Of a stretch of DNA of 64,000 nt, positions 21,462 through 32,747 are shown one piece after another; the stretch's first letter is position 1; each line of letters starts with the position of its first letter. The translations under genes and the position numbers were made by a program. The DNA is from Methanobacteriota archaeon (GTDB lineage: Archaea > Thermoplasmatota > E2 > DHVEG-1). Below the pieces are notes generated by a model. That model ran no database searches and was not told where the DNA came from. It worked only from the letters and a program-made list of their open reading frames with translations. The DNA lies in the NCBI GenBank assembly GCA_963769885.1, contig CAVYNH010000007.1:128001-192000 (forward strand), in the 5' to 3' direction.

Positions 21462-21577
21462 AGTTGGGTGCTGGGAATGGTGTGGAGGTATATTTGAGTT
21501 TGCCGTTATACTGATATCCAAATTTCTTCTCATAAAGATTTTAAATATTGCTGGTCATTCTCTATGTGTCGTGGCGA

Positions 21578-22729
21578 ATGGCGAAGATCCTTATTCTGAA
21601 CGTGGATCGGGATGATGATTTTGGGCGGAAGGCTCAGGTGCAGAGCCCGATTATTGGATTGCAGAGTAATCTGGATGCGGCGATGCGGCTGGGACGCAGT
21701 GACCCTGAGGATTCCGATTTGAACGCGGTGTTTTTTGCGATTCAGGTGTTTGACTCGATGAAGGCGGAGGGGGCGGACGTCGAGGTCGTGACGTTGTGTG
21801 GGGATATCAATATCGGGGTGAAGTCTGATCAGCGGCTGGCGGAGCAGCTGGACCGGGTGATTGCGGAGACGCATGCGGAGGAGGCGGTGTTGGTCAGCGA
21901 TGGGGCGGAGGATGAGTACATCCTGCCATTGATCCAGTCACGGTTGAAGATCACAGCGGTGCAGCGGGTCAGCGTCAAACAGAGTCGGCAGATCGAGGAT
22001 ACCTATTATCGGATCGTGAAGCTGCTGGATGAGGACAAGGTCAAGAAGCAGTTTTTCCTACCGATCGCGTTGATTTTAATGGTCTGGGCGGTGTTCGCGA
22101 TCTTTGGGATGGCGGCCAGTGGGTTCGGCGCGATCTTGTTTACGCTTGGGATTTATCTCTTGATCCGGACGTTTAATTCGGAGAAGAAGCTGGCGGCGCT
22201 GTGGCATGAGTTCCGCCAGGGGCTGTTGATTGGGCGGCCGTCGTTTTATACGACGATCCTGGCGATTGTGATTATCGTCGTGACCGTGTTTTATGCGTAT
22301 AACAAGACGCCGTTCAACATGGAGATTAATTTGATCATCCCGGTGTTGGCGTTTTTGAATTCGATTACGTGGGGGCTGGTGGCTGCGGGGCTGCTGTTTG
22401 CGTTCGGGCGGGTGACGGACTTGTTCATCCGGGAGAAGAAGATCCTGTGGACGTATTGGATCGTGCCGTTTTCGCTGTTCTCGTATGGGTTTGTGGCCTC
22501 GGCGGTGTTCGGGACGTTGGAGAGTTCGATTCGTGATTATTTCAACAGCAACGAGTTCTCGATCGAGCCGTTCCTGGGCGTGACGTTCGTGGGGTATGTC
22601 GCGGCGGGCGTGATCATCGCGTTCATCGGGGCGATCAGCTACCATTACATCAAGGAGCAGCACGCGATCGACGAGTTCGAGCTGGACATCGACGAGCAGA
22701 TGTCGAAGGCGTCGAATCAGGCCAAGTAG
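21578..22729 (+). CDS. DUF373 family membrane protein
   Basis: LNVDRDDD.GRK, DPEDSD.N, SDGAEDE, VKQS..IEDTYY. Confidence 0.9.
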   Translation: MAKILILNVDRDDDFGRKAQVQSPIIGLQSNLDAAMRLGRSDPEDSDLNAVFFAIQVFDSMKAEGADVEVVTLCGDINIGVKSDQRLAEQLDRVIAETHAEEAVLVSDGAEDEYILPLIQSRLKITAVQRVSVKQSRQIEDTYYRIVKLLDEDKVKKQFFLPIALILMVWAVFAIFGMAASGFGAILFTLGIYLLIRTFNSEKKLAALWHEFRQGLLIGRPSFYTTILAIVIIVVTVFYAYNKTPFNMEINLIIPVLAFLNSITWGLVAAGLLFAFGRVTDLFIREKKILWTYWIVPFSLFSYGFVASAVFGTLESSIRDYFNSNEFSIEPFLGVTFVGYVAAGVIIAFIGAISYHYIKEQHAIDEFELDIDEQMSKASNQAK

Positions 22730-22769
22730 CTGACCTACAGCTTTTTAACCCCGGAGGCATTCCCAGCGG

Positions 22770-24167
22770 GTGATGTCACCACTGGACGGCGTTATTATTT
22801 TCCTGGTGTTGATCGTCATCTACACGGTTGCCGTCTACGTCCTCTATAAGAGAGGAATTCTGAAGAAGTACAATATTTCGTTGTATGGGCCTGCGTTAAT
22901 GTGGCGGACCCAACGAGGCGTCTCGTTCCTGGAGCGGCGCGCACGGCGGAAGCAGCTCTGGACCGGCTTAGGTAACCTCAGCGTCGTGTATTGTTTCATC
23001 GCGATGGTGCTTATGACGGCGTTGATGATCCTGACGGCCTGGTTGATTTTCGGGTTCACGCCGGCACAGCGTCAGGCGCTCCCCGGCCCCGAGGTCGCCT
23101 TAGTCATCCCCGGAATCAACCCGATCCTCCCCCTTGAGTACATCGGGTATATCCTCGTTGCCATCATCATCGCGATCGTCGTCCACGAGTTCTCCCATGG
23201 TATTTTGACGTTGGTCAGCAAGCTGAAGGTGAAGTCCCTGGGAATCCTGTATCTCATCGTCCCCATTGGGGCATTCTGCGAGCCGGACGAGGAGGTGCTG
23301 AAGAAGGCGCCCGTCTCTCACCGGATGCGGATCTATTCAGTGGGTCCCGCCTCGAATTTTGCCATCACCATTCTCACGCTCCTTCTGTTCTCGTTTGTCT
23401 TGATATCCGCGGTGCAGCCTGCCCATTCCGGCGCGGTCGTCTTCGCGGTCGACTCAGGTTCCCCGGCGCAGGCTCTTGGGCTGCAGCCTGGGTTCATCAT
23501 CACAAGCTTGAATGGGACTGCGGTCACCAACGCGAGCGACTACTTCCATGCCTGGAACAAGACACAGGCGAACCAGTCGGTCACGATCACCTACCTGGTA
23601 CAAGGACATGCGTATTCGCGGAACATGACGCTCACCGACAAATATGCGGAATATGCGAAACGCGATACAATATACACAAACAATGCTTCGTACAAGGGGA
23701 AGGGGTATACCGGGGTCCGGTCGATCATCAGGGACGAGTTCTTCAAGGAATATGTGACGATTTTGAAGAACCCGTTTGCTGACTTCCCGCGGGGGATGCT
23801 GACGTTCTACAGCATCCCGATCATCGGGTATTTCGAAGGCTACAATGCGCTCGTCTCGCCCTACACCAACTCCTTTGTCATCACCGGTCCCCTCGGGGCT
23901 TTGCCTCCCTCGGCATTCTGGATCCTGGTGAACGGCATCTATTGGATCTTCTGGCTGAACCTGGCCTTCACCATGTTCAATGTCCTGCCTATGGTGCCGC
24001 TCGATGGGGGCTTCATTTTCACAGACGGTGTCCGCGGGGCGATCCAGCGACTCCGTAAGGGAATCAGTGAGGAGAAGAAAGAAGCTATCGCCAAGAACGC
24101 AAGCCTCGCCGTCTCCTTACTCATCCTCTCTTTGCTGATCCTACCGTTCTTCGTGAAGTACCTGTAA
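22770..24167 (+). CDS. Site-2 protease (M50) with PDZ domain
   Basis: HEFSH, GAFCEPD, GPASN, N.LP..PLDGG. Confidence 0.92.
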   Translation: MMSPLDGVIIFLVLIVIYTVAVYVLYKRGILKKYNISLYGPALMWRTQRGVSFLERRARRKQLWTGLGNLSVVYCFIAMVLMTALMILTAWLIFGFTPAQRQALPGPEVALVIPGINPILPLEYIGYILVAIIIAIVVHEFSHGILTLVSKLKVKSLGILYLIVPIGAFCEPDEEVLKKAPVSHRMRIYSVGPASNFAITILTLLLFSFVLISAVQPAHSGAVVFAVDSGSPAQALGLQPGFIITSLNGTAVTNASDYFHAWNKTQANQSVTITYLVQGHAYSRNMTLTDKYAEYAKRDTIYTNNASYKGKGYTGVRSIIRDEFFKEYVTILKNPFADFPRGMLTFYSIPIIGYFEGYNALVSPYTNSFVITGPLGALPPSAFWILVNGIYWIFWLNLAFTMFNVLPMVPLDGGFIFTDGVRGAIQRLRKGISEEKKEAIAKNASLAVSLLILSLLILPFFVKYL

Positions 24168-24207
24168 CGAAAGGAGAAGAGAAAAAAACGGCGGCCGAAA
24201 TCCTGTT

Positions 24208-24726
24208 TTAATGGATGAGCTCTTGGCCTTTGTCAAGATGGATGGTGCAGGGTGTCGACAGCTTCATGCCTGCTTTTCTGAGCGCCTCTTTCGCCGGCGT
24301 ATAGAACTGTTCCGAGGTCTCCACTGTGATGAGCGTCTGGTCGACGTCCACACGGGCGGCGGTCCCCACGGGCTTGCCGTACGACCGGCGCATCCCTTGA
24401 GAAACACGGTCCGCGCCCGCCCCGGTCGCCTGCTTGTTCTCGCGAATCACATTGTGGGGATAAACGCGGATGAGCATACGATAATTCGTTGGGCCAATGT
24501 TCTTCTCCAGCACCTTGTTCGCGGAGATACGGGCGGCCTCAAGCGAGTTATGCCGCAGCTGGCACTTCTCGTTCGCGGTCAGCGACAACTGGATGGAGAA
24601 CTCCGCTGTCTTGTTGCCCATAACGAACTGGGTAATCCGTGAGGCAGGGACGCCCCCCATGTACTCACGACGGGTCGTCGCCATGCTTTTAATGTATCGA
24701 TACATCTTCGCTGGTTTGCGCGCCAT
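24208..24726 (-). CDS. rpl10e: 50S ribosomal protein L10e/uL16
   Basis: MARKPAKMYR, LEAARI, GAGADRVSQGMR. Confidence 0.97.
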   Translation of the reverse strand: MARKPAKMYRYIKSMATTRREYMGGVPASRITQFVMGNKTAEFSIQLSLTANEKCQLRHNSLEAARISANKVLEKNIGPTNYRMLIRVYPHNVIRENKQATGAGADRVSQGMRRSYGKPVGTAARVDVDQTLITVETSEQFYTPAKEALRKAGMKLSTPCTIHLDKGQELIH

Positions 24727-25025
24727 AGACAGTCACCATAAGGGATGATGGTCTTCTAGGCTCATCGAAATAAACAACCCATTAATAAAAGTTCCCCTGA
24801 ATCATCCCCTGCTCACTCCTCATCAATCCATGCTTCAGCCAGCCTTCTTTTCCAAGACGATTGAAACGCAGAGAATTGATTTCATTCATGAAATTTCTAT
24901 TCATCAAAAATTCCTTTTTTTTCTCCTGACTAGGCATTCATGAGACATCCATATTTTTTGACACCATAACCTTTAAAACATAGCGGACCTTGCCATATAC
25001 GAATCCAGAAGAAGGTTGAAACAGA

Positions 25026-25595
25026 ATGGCTGATAAACTCGTAATGCCCGGCGATCAGCTCTCGACCGTGGAGGAGCTCCTCCCCGGCGACGGGACCTTT
25101 GAGGAAAACGGGGTCATCAGAGCAGCACGCCTCGGCTTTTATATCATTGACCAAAAACACCGCAGCGCCCAAGTCAAACCCATCACCAGCGTCCCTGTCG
25201 TCGTCAACAAGGGAGACACGGTACTTGCCCGCGTCACCATGGCGAAGCCCTCTATGATCATCACTGACGTCATCCATGTCATCGGCAAAGACCGCTCCGT
25301 CAGCGGCGAGACCGACTCGACCATCCACGTCAAAGAGATCGCCCAAGGCTACATCAAGGACGCAACAACGGAGTACAAAGTCGAGGACGTCGTCCGGGCC
25401 AAGGTCATCCAGACCACCCCAAGCGTGCAGCTCACCACCAGGGACCGCCATCTCGGCTCGATCATGGCGCTCTGCAGCAAATGCCGCCATCCGCTCGTGA
25501 AGAAAGGCAACCAACTTGAGTGCGAGAACTGCGGCAACCGGGAGCACCGCCGGATCGCCGAGGACTACGGTCAAATTGACGTTACTAAGCTATAG
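25026..25595 (+). CDS. csl4: Exosome RNA-binding protein Csl4
   Basis: VMPGD, S1 domain, C-terminal Zn ribbon CSKC...CENC; adjacent to rpoL. Confidence 0.93.
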   Translation: MADKLVMPGDQLSTVEELLPGDGTFEENGVIRAARLGFYIIDQKHRSAQVKPITSVPVVVNKGDTVLARVTMAKPSMIITDVIHVIGKDRSVSGETDSTIHVKEIAQGYIKDATTEYKVEDVVRAKVIQTTPSVQLTTRDRHLGSIMALCSKCRHPLVKKGNQLECENCGNREHRRIAEDYGQIDVTKL

Positions 25596-25610
25596 AGGAG
25601 GATTCTTCCC

Positions 25611-25874
25611 ATGGAGTTAAAGCCCCTTCGGAAAACAAAGACGGAACTCGAGCTTCAGATCTCAGGGGAGGACGAGACAATCCTTCATCCTCTTACCCAC
25701 GTCCTGCTCCAGAATAGCGACGTCGAGTACGCCGCGATTACCGCAGAGAACCCGCTGGCTCCCATCAAAACTCTGATTATCCGAGTGAAGAAGGGGTCGT
25801 CGGAAGACCACCTGAAAAAAGCAGTCAAGCAGCTGGAAGACGAGATTAAGACCTTTGGCAAGCAAATCCAGTAG
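25611..25874 (+). CDS. rpoL: RNA polymerase subunit L (Rpo11)
   Basis: GEDETI...L, VEYAA; conserved csl4-rpoL order. Confidence 0.88.
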   Translation: MELKPLRKTKTELELQISGEDETILHPLTHVLLQNSDVEYAAITAENPLAPIKTLIIRVKKGSSEDHLKKAVKQLEDEIKTFGKQIQ

Positions 25875-27186
25875 CACGACTCCTGTACCCTCGCCTAAGT
25901 TTGAGCGCGATATCGGGATCGAGGTTTTTTTCACCCCTCAGCCTGGCATCGGCGGTCATCTCCGCCAAATCCCTGAAGATTTTCATGTCTCTGAGGTGTA
26001 CCAGCTGCCGCCCTCGTCTGACCACGGCCGGTACATGATAGCAGAGGTGACCAGTACAAATTGGGAGACGCACACCCTGGTGCAAGCCCTGGCTGAGCAT
26101 CTCGGGGTCCATCCGCGACGCATCGCGTTCGCTGGGACCAAGGACCGACGTGCGGTCAGCGTGCAGCTGATGTCTTTCGACGGCGTCGATGGGCAAGGCC
26201 TCTCGTCTTTGCGGCTGAAAGATGTCACAGTTAAACCCCTGTTTCAGAGTACGGCGCCGCTTCATCTCGGGCAGCTCATCGGGAACCGTTTTTCGATTAC
26301 ACTCCGTAACTGTGACAGCGCCGAAGGGATCCACGGTCTTTTCTCACCGTTGGAAGCCCTCGGTGGTTTCCCGAATCTTTTCGGAATTCAGCGGTTCGGC
26401 GCAGTCCGGTCGATTACCCATCTTGTCGGCAAGCACCTGACCCGGGGGGAGTTTGAAGCCGCGGTCATGACCTACATCGCGCATCCGATACAGGGTGAAA
26501 ACGAGCAGACGTTCAAACTTCGTCAAGACCTTGAACAAACCCGTGATTTTGCTGCGGCGTACCAGCACTATCCAAAATCCTTGAATTTCGAACGACTTAT
26601 CCTCGAACGGCTCTCGAAGAATCCGACGGATTTCATCGACGCGATTCAAGCACTGCCAAAGAACCTGATGTTGATGTTCGTGAGCGCCTACCAATCCTAT
26701 TTGTTCAATAGGATCCTCAGCGAGCGTATCCGCCGCAAGCTGCCGCTCAATCAAGCGATTCCAGGCGACCTCGTCGCTGTCATCAAAGACGGCCGATTAA
26801 CCGATGAAATAGTCCCTGTTTCTGCCGCAAACTGCATGAAGGTGAACCAGCAGATTCAGCGGAAAAAAGCGGCTGTCACCGGAGTACTGCTGGGCAGCGA
26901 CTCGATTCATGGTTCTGGTGAAATGGGTGAAATTGAGTCTAGGATCTTCGAACAGGAGAAGGTCGAAGCCCGGGCGTTCATCGTCCCTGAAATCCCATTT
27001 CTTTCTTCATCAGGGTCCCGACGGATGCTGCTTGCGCCTCTGAAAGACCTTGTGTGGTCGGCGGCAGGAGACGACCTGAACCCAGGCAAGGCAGCGGTCC
27101 ATGTGACCTTTGAACTCACGAAAGGCTGCTATGCGACCTCGTTCCTCCGTGAGCTGATGAAAGCTCCCTCCGCAAAGGATTATTGA
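25855..27186 (+). CDS. truD: tRNA pseudouridine(13) synthase TruD
   Basis: PEDF.V.E, AGTKDRRAVSVQ, GNRF, G.QRFG, AYQSYLFN, KGCYAT..LRE. Confidence 0.95.
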   Translation: MASKSSSTTPVPSPKFERDIGIEVFFTPQPGIGGHLRQIPEDFHVSEVYQLPPSSDHGRYMIAEVTSTNWETHTLVQALAEHLGVHPRRIAFAGTKDRRAVSVQLMSFDGVDGQGLSSLRLKDVTVKPLFQSTAPLHLGQLIGNRFSITLRNCDSAEGIHGLFSPLEALGGFPNLFGIQRFGAVRSITHLVGKHLTRGEFEAAVMTYIAHPIQGENEQTFKLRQDLEQTRDFAAAYQHYPKSLNFERLILERLSKNPTDFIDAIQALPKNLMLMFVSAYQSYLFNRILSERIRRKLPLNQAIPGDLVAVIKDGRLTDEIVPVSAANCMKVNQQIQRKKAAVTGVLLGSDSIHGSGEMGEIESRIFEQEKVEARAFIVPEIPFLSSSGSRRMLLAPLKDLVWSAAGDDLNPGKAAVHVTFELTKGCYATSFLRELMKAPSAKDY

Positions 27187-27716
27187 ATATACCCATGGTA
27201 GCTGAGGTAGTTATAGATTTGGAGCATGTCAAAGACGTTTCCGGTTGCGTAGCATATCCAGGTCTTCCCCTGGTATTCGCCGACGAGGAGCACCACCCCT
27301 GAAATCCCATGAGTAAACGTCCAATAATACATGGTCTGGTCCCATTGGGAATAGGAGCCGGAGTAGTGTGCCTGCTGGTTGTAGCCCGCCTGACCTAACA
27401 GCGTCCGATATTGGGTTTTTACCGTTGGGATAGAGTCGTTTGAATAGAATACTTCTAACGTAATCTTGTCGATGCCGGGGATCTGTCTCGTCTGATTCAA
27501 CAGAAAGAAGAACAGGTTCGGGAGACTCTGGTTGCTTGTGTTCTGCTCTTGGATGTATTCTTGGACCGTAGGCCAATCCATTGGGATCAGTCCTTTGCCG
27601 GTAACCACCCGTTTTTCGGTCAGTAAATACCCGGTCTGCCACAGCATGCCTAGAATGATGCACACTACAACAACGATGGTCATGCCGATAATCAAGAGCG
27701 TCTTCCTAGTAAGCAT
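27180..27716 (-). CDS. Membrane-anchored hypothetical protein
   Basis: N-terminal TM anchor followed by a soluble domain. Confidence 0.7.
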   Translation of the reverse strand: MLTRKTLLIIGMTIVVVVCIILGMLWQTGYLLTEKRVVTGKGLIPMDWPTVQEYIQEQNTSNQSLPNLFFFLLNQTRQIPGIDKITLEVFYSNDSIPTVKTQYRTLLGQAGYNQQAHYSGSYSQWDQTMYYWTFTHGISGVVLLVGEYQGKTWICYATGNVFDMLQIYNYLSYHGYIQ

Positions 27717-27928
27717 GGGAAATCCAGCACTCAGAGGTCCACCGATGCTTTATATTTTTCTCCAGTGGCACGAATCCTTGCAACCTAGAAGTTCTTTGTG
27801 TGAACCAACGTCGTAACCCCGCCGTGACCAGGCAGACATCACCCAAGATTTACTAGATAAGGGAAATGTTTTAACGGAGGTCTTCGATTACCCTGCCATC
27901 CCACCCCGTAGTTTTCAAGGAGAAACGA

Positions 27929-30900
27929 ATGGTCATCGCGGCCTCGCAGAAATATTCCCCTAAAGACGTAGAACATCGCATCCTTCAGTTCTGGAAAGAG
28001 CATGACACATTCCAGCAGTCCATCATCCAGCGTAAAGGCTACCCCCGCTACGTCTTCCTCGAAGGGCCTCCGACGGCCAACGGATTACCACACCCCGGAC
28101 ACATCCTCACCCGGGTCATGAAAGACCTCGTCCTCCGCTACCAGACCATGACCGGCCATTACATTCTACGCAAGGCCGGTTGGGACACCCATGGGCTGCC
28201 GGTCGAAATCGAGGTCGAGAAAAAACTCGGGCTGACCAACAAACAGGACATCGAGCGCTATGGCATTGAGAAGTTCAACGAGGAATGCCGAAAGAGCGTC
28301 TTCAAATACGAGCACGCCTGGGTCGAGATGAGCGAACGCATCGGCTTCTGGCTCGACATGGACCATCCCTACATCACCCTCAAAAACGAATACATCGAAT
28401 CCGTCTGGTGGTCCCTCAAACAAGCCTTCGACAAAGGACTCCTCTACAAAGGCCATAAGGTCGTCCCCTACTGCCCCCGCTGCGGCACCGCCCTCTCTGC
28501 CCACGAAATCTCCCAAGGCTACAAGACCATCGAAGAACCCTCCATTTTCGTTAAATTCAAAATCAAAGACGAGGACGCCTACTTCCTCGCCTGGACCACC
28601 ACCCCCTGGACGCTTATCTCCAACGTCGCCCTCGCCGTCAATCCGACCGCAATCTACCTGAAGATCCGCTACCATGACCAGACCCTGATCTTCGCCGAGG
28701 AGCGCGTCACCATCCTCCTTAAAGGACAAGAATATGAAGTCCTCGACAGCTTCCCGGGAAAAGATTTGGAATACAAGGAGTATGAGCCGCTTTTCTGCTT
28801 CGCTAAACCAGACCGCAAGGCCTGGTACGTCGTCCTCGCGGACTTCGTCACCATGGAAGACGGCACCGGCATCGTCCACATCGCCCCCGCATTCGGCGAA
28901 GACGACTACGCCGTCGGCCGCAAATACAACCTCCCCGTTGTTCAGCTCGTCAACCTCGATGGCACCTTCCCCCAGGAAGTTACCCCCTGGTGCGGTCAGT
29001 TCGTTAAAACCGCGGACCCCCTCATCATCACCGAGCTGGAGAAAAGCGGCGTCCTTGAAGGCACCAAACTTTACAGCCATGAGTACCCCTTCTGCTGGCG
29101 CTGCGACTCCCCCCTCCTCTACTATGCCATGGAATCCTGGTTCATCGCCATGCCCAAGGTCCAGGACTCCCTCACCCGCAACAACGACAAGATCGCCTGG
29201 TACCCCACGCATCTCCAATACGGCCGCTTCGGCGACTTCATCAAAGACGTCAAAGACTGGGCCCTCTCCCGCGACCGGTACTGGGGCACCCCGCTCCCTA
29301 TCTGGATCTGCGAAAACAAATCCTGCCGCCACGCCATCTGCGTCGGCAGCGTCAACGAACTCAAGACGCTCACCGACAACTTCCCAAAAACCTACGACCT
29401 CCACAAGCCCTTCGTCGACGACCTCCACGTCACCTGCCCCCGCTGCCACGGTCGCCTGATCAGAGAACCGGACGTCATCGACTGCTGGTACGACTCCGGC
29501 TCCGCCTTCTTCGCCCAATGGCATTACCCATTCGAAAACAAACCAGAGTTCACCACCAACTACCCCGTCGACTTCATCTGCGAAGCCCTCGACCAGACCC
29601 GCGGCTGGTTCTACAGCCTCCTCGCTATCTCCACCTTCCTCTTCGACAACACCCCCTACAAATCCTGCCTCACCCTTGGTCTAGTCCTTGACAAAGACAA
29701 CCAAAAAATGAGCAAAAGCAAGAAAAACTACGTCGACCCAACCATCATCCTGGACCACGAAGGCGCCGACGCCCTCCGCTGGTACCTCATCAGCGCCAAC
29801 GCCCCCTGGATGTCCACCCGCTTCTACGAAGACGCCATCAAAGAGACCCTCGGCAAATTCATCCTCACCCTCTGGAACAGCTACAGCTTCTTCACCACCT
29901 ACGCCGCCCTCGACCACTACGACCCCACCACCACCCCGCCCCCCATCGACACGCGACCCCTCCTCGACCGCTGGATCCTCTCCCGCTACCACCACCTCAT
30001 CGCGGACATCCACGACAATATGAGCCACTTCGACACCCACAAAGCCGCCCGCGCCATCGAAAGCTTCCTCATCGACGACTACAGCAACTGGTACCTCCGA
30101 CGCAGCCGCAAACGCCTCTGGACCGAAACCGACACCCCCGACAAACATGCCGCCTACGCCACCCTCTACGACATTACCCTCGGCCTCACCCAACTCCTCG
30201 CCCCCTTCACCCCCTTCATCACCGAAGACATCTACCAAAACCTCAAAACACCCACCATGCCCCACAGCATCCACCTCAACGACTACCCCACCAGCGACCC
30301 CCACTACATCAACCCCACCCTTGACGACGGCATGACAAAGATCCGCAGCCTCGTCGAAGCCGGCCGCGCCCTCCGCTCCAAGATCCAAATCAAAGGACGC
30401 CAACCCCTCCCCGAAGCTGTCATCATAACACCCACTACCACCCAAGACACCATCCGCCCCCTCATCAGCCTTCTCCAAGACGAACTCAACGTCAAAAAAA
30501 TCACCTTCAACACCGACACCACCGGCCTCACCATCAAAACCGCAAAACCCAAACAAGCCACCCTCGGACGACGCTTCAAAGCCAAAGCCAAAGACATCGT
30601 CCACGCCCTCGACCTCATGCCAAACCACGACCTCACCACCCAACTCCTCACCCACCACCACGTCACCATTACCGTCGGTGCCGAAGCCATCACCCTCCCC
30701 GACACCGACTTCGACATCACCGAACACGAAAAACCACACTACGCCAAAACCCAGACCGCCGACGCCACCCTCTTCCTCAACACCTCCGTCACCCCCCAAC
30801 TCGAAGCCGAAGGACTCGCCCGCGAACTCATCCGCCGCATCCAATCCATGCGCAAAGACCTCAACCTCTCCGTCGACGACCACATCACCGTCACCCTCAC

Positions 30901-31081
30901 CCTCCCCCCCACCACCCCCGAACTCACCTACTGGCACGACCACATCAAAACAGAAACCCGCGCCACCACCCTCACCCTCACCCCCACCCCCACCGGCACC
31001 CTCGTCAAAACCTGGGACATCGACGACCTCACCACCACCATCGGCATCAACCCCGACCACCAAAAACATCGGACCAAATAA
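27929..31081 (+). CDS. ileS: Isoleucine-tRNA ligase
   Basis: EGPPTANGLPHPGH, GWDTHGLP, WTTTPWT, DQTRGWF, KMSKS. Confidence 0.97.
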   Translation: MVIAASQKYSPKDVEHRILQFWKEHDTFQQSIIQRKGYPRYVFLEGPPTANGLPHPGHILTRVMKDLVLRYQTMTGHYILRKAGWDTHGLPVEIEVEKKLGLTNKQDIERYGIEKFNEECRKSVFKYEHAWVEMSERIGFWLDMDHPYITLKNEYIESVWWSLKQAFDKGLLYKGHKVVPYCPRCGTALSAHEISQGYKTIEEPSIFVKFKIKDEDAYFLAWTTTPWTLISNVALAVNPTAIYLKIRYHDQTLIFAEERVTILLKGQEYEVLDSFPGKDLEYKEYEPLFCFAKPDRKAWYVVLADFVTMEDGTGIVHIAPAFGEDDYAVGRKYNLPVVQLVNLDGTFPQEVTPWCGQFVKTADPLIITELEKSGVLEGTKLYSHEYPFCWRCDSPLLYYAMESWFIAMPKVQDSLTRNNDKIAWYPTHLQYGRFGDFIKDVKDWALSRDRYWGTPLPIWICENKSCRHAICVGSVNELKTLTDNFPKTYDLHKPFVDDLHVTCPRCHGRLIREPDVIDCWYDSGSAFFAQWHYPFENKPEFTTNYPVDFICEALDQTRGWFYSLLAISTFLFDNTPYKSCLTLGLVLDKDNQKMSKSKKNYVDPTIILDHEGADALRWYLISANAPWMSTRFYEDAIKETLGKFILTLWNSYSFFTTYAALDHYDPTTTPPPIDTRPLLDRWILSRYHHLIADIHDNMSHFDTHKAARAIESFLIDDYSNWYLRRSRKRLWTETDTPDKHAAYATLYDITLGLTQLLAPFTPFITEDIYQNLKTPTMPHSIHLNDYPTSDPHYINPTLDDGMTKIRSLVEAGRALRSKIQIKGRQPLPEAVIITPTTTQDTIRPLISLLQDELNVKKITFNTDTTGLTIKTAKPKQATLGRRFKAKAKDIVHALDLMPNHDLTTQLLTHHHVTITVGAEAITLPDTDFDITEHEKPHYAKTQTADATLFLNTSVTPQLEAEGLARELIRRIQSMRKDLNLSVDDHITVTLTLPPTTPELTYWHDHIKTETRATTLTLTPTPTGTLVKTWDIDDLTTTIGINPDHQKHRTK

Positions 31082-31134
31082 GCCAAACAACCTTCCCCAA
31101 ACCTATTTGACCACCATCTGAATTCCACGAACCA

Positions 31135-32127
31135 ATGATCTGCCTAGGAATCGAAGGGACCGCCCACACCATCGGCGCCGGCATCGTCCACGACAACAAC
31201 GGACACTGCCACGTCCTTTCCAACGCCCTGAAAACCTATGCTCCCGCCCACGGCGGCATCCACCCCCGAGAGGCAGCCAACCACCACGCCCTCCACCTCG
31301 CCAACCTCATCCACGACTCTCTCACCACAGCCCAGATCTCCTCCAAAGACGTCGACCTCGTCGCCTTCTCTCAAGGTCCCGGCCTCGGACCCTGCCTGCG
31401 CACCGCCGCCACCGCCGCCAGAGCCCTCTCCCTTACTCTTAACGTCCCTCTCATAGGCGTCAACCACTGCGTCGCCCACCTGGAAATCGGCCGCGGTACC
31501 ATCCCCGAATGCACCGACCCGATACTGCTGTATGTCTCCGGGGCCAACACCCAGGTCATCGGCTTCGCCGAAGGCAAATACCGCGTCTTCGGAGAAACCC
31601 TCGACATCGGCATCGGCAACTGTCTCGATAAATTCGGCCGCCAACTCGACCTCGAATTCCCCTGCGGCCCAAAAATCGAGGCGCTCGCCACACAAGGAAC
31701 CCGATACCTTTCCCTCCCCTACTCCATCAAGGGCATGGACATGGCCTTCTCAGGACTATTGACCGCAGCAGAGGCATATTACCGCAACCACGAGCCGCTC
31801 CCGGACATCTGCTACTCTATGCAGGAAACCACGTTTGCGATGCTCACGGAAGTCACCGAGCGCGCCATGGCACATACGGAAAAAACCCAGGTCCTCCTCG
31901 GCGGCGGCGTCGCCAGCAACACCCGTCTCAGGCGTATGGTCGACACCATGGCCAAAGCCCGCGGCGCCTCACTCTACGTCCCCGCAAAAGACCTCTGCAT
32001 CGACAACGGCGCGATGATTGCCTGGCTCGGCATCGTCATGCACAATAGCGGTGTGCGGATGGCGCTGGCCGACAGCAAGATCAACCAGCGATTCAGGACC
32101 GACATGGTGGAGGTCACCTGGCGATGA
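31135..32127 (+). CDS. kae1: KEOPS t6A synthase Kae1
   Basis: GIEGTAH, GGIHPREAA, GPGLGPCL, NHCVAH, DNGAMI. Confidence 0.96.
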   Translation: MICLGIEGTAHTIGAGIVHDNNGHCHVLSNALKTYAPAHGGIHPREAANHHALHLANLIHDSLTTAQISSKDVDLVAFSQGPGLGPCLRTAATAARALSLTLNVPLIGVNHCVAHLEIGRGTIPECTDPILLYVSGANTQVIGFAEGKYRVFGETLDIGIGNCLDKFGRQLDLEFPCGPKIEALATQGTRYLSLPYSIKGMDMAFSGLLTAAEAYYRNHEPLPDICYSMQETTFAMLTEVTERAMAHTEKTQVLLGGGVASNTRLRRMVDTMAKARGASLYVPAKDLCIDNGAMIAWLGIVMHNSGVRMALADSKINQRFRTDMVEVTWR

Positions 32128-32747
32128 CACAGCAAATCCTCTACCGGGGAGCAGAAGCCGAGATTCGCGTCTCGTCACACCTGGGAAAAGACGTGGTCCA
32201 AAAACGCCGACTGCCCAAGCACTATCGCCTCCCGGAGATTGACCATGCGCTTATCGGCTACCGGACCCGGGAGGAATCAAAGCTCATCACCGAGGCACGT
32301 GCTGCCGGCGTCAGCGTCCCCGTGCTCTACGACATCGACCTTCAAGGGGGAGTCATCACGATGGAGTACATCAGAGGCCGCCGCGTCAAAGACATCCTCA
32401 ACACCCTCCCTGAACCCGAGCGAAAACAACTGTGCGTCCTGATCGGTAAAAGCATCGCCATGCTCCATAATCATGATATCATCCATGGTGATATCACCAC
32501 ATCGAACATGATCCTAGCGGATAACAGAGTCACCTTCATCGATTTCGGCCTCGGCAGCAAAAGCATCGAGCTTGAAGCCAAAGGTGTCGACCTGCATGTC
32601 CTCATGGAAGCCTTCGAATCCACGCATTCCCAGCGGCCGACCTGTTTCCAGGACGTTTTCGAAGGATACCAACAGGCGTTCACGGGCGACGCGGACGCGG
32701 TCATGGGAAAAATCGAGGACATCGTCCGACGAGGGCGGTACCGATGA
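32124..32747 (+). CDS. bud32: KEOPS kinase Bud32
   Basis: GAEA, HGDITTSN, IDFGL, VDLHVL, RGRY. Confidence 0.95.
   Translation: MTQQILYRGAEAEIRVSSHLGKDVVQKRRLPKHYRLPEIDHALIGYRTREESKLITEARAAGVSVPVLYDIDLQGGVITMEYIRGRRVKDILNTLPEPERKQLCVLIGKSIAMLHNHDIIHGDITTSNMILADNRVTFIDFGLGSKSIELEAKGVDLHVLMEAFESTHSQRPTCFQDVFEGYQQAFTGDADAVMGKIEDIVRRGRYR

Noticed and set aside
31135-32747. kae1/bud32 as a broken fusion gene
   Set aside because: Clean ATGA overlap and complete termini; separate genes are common in archaea.
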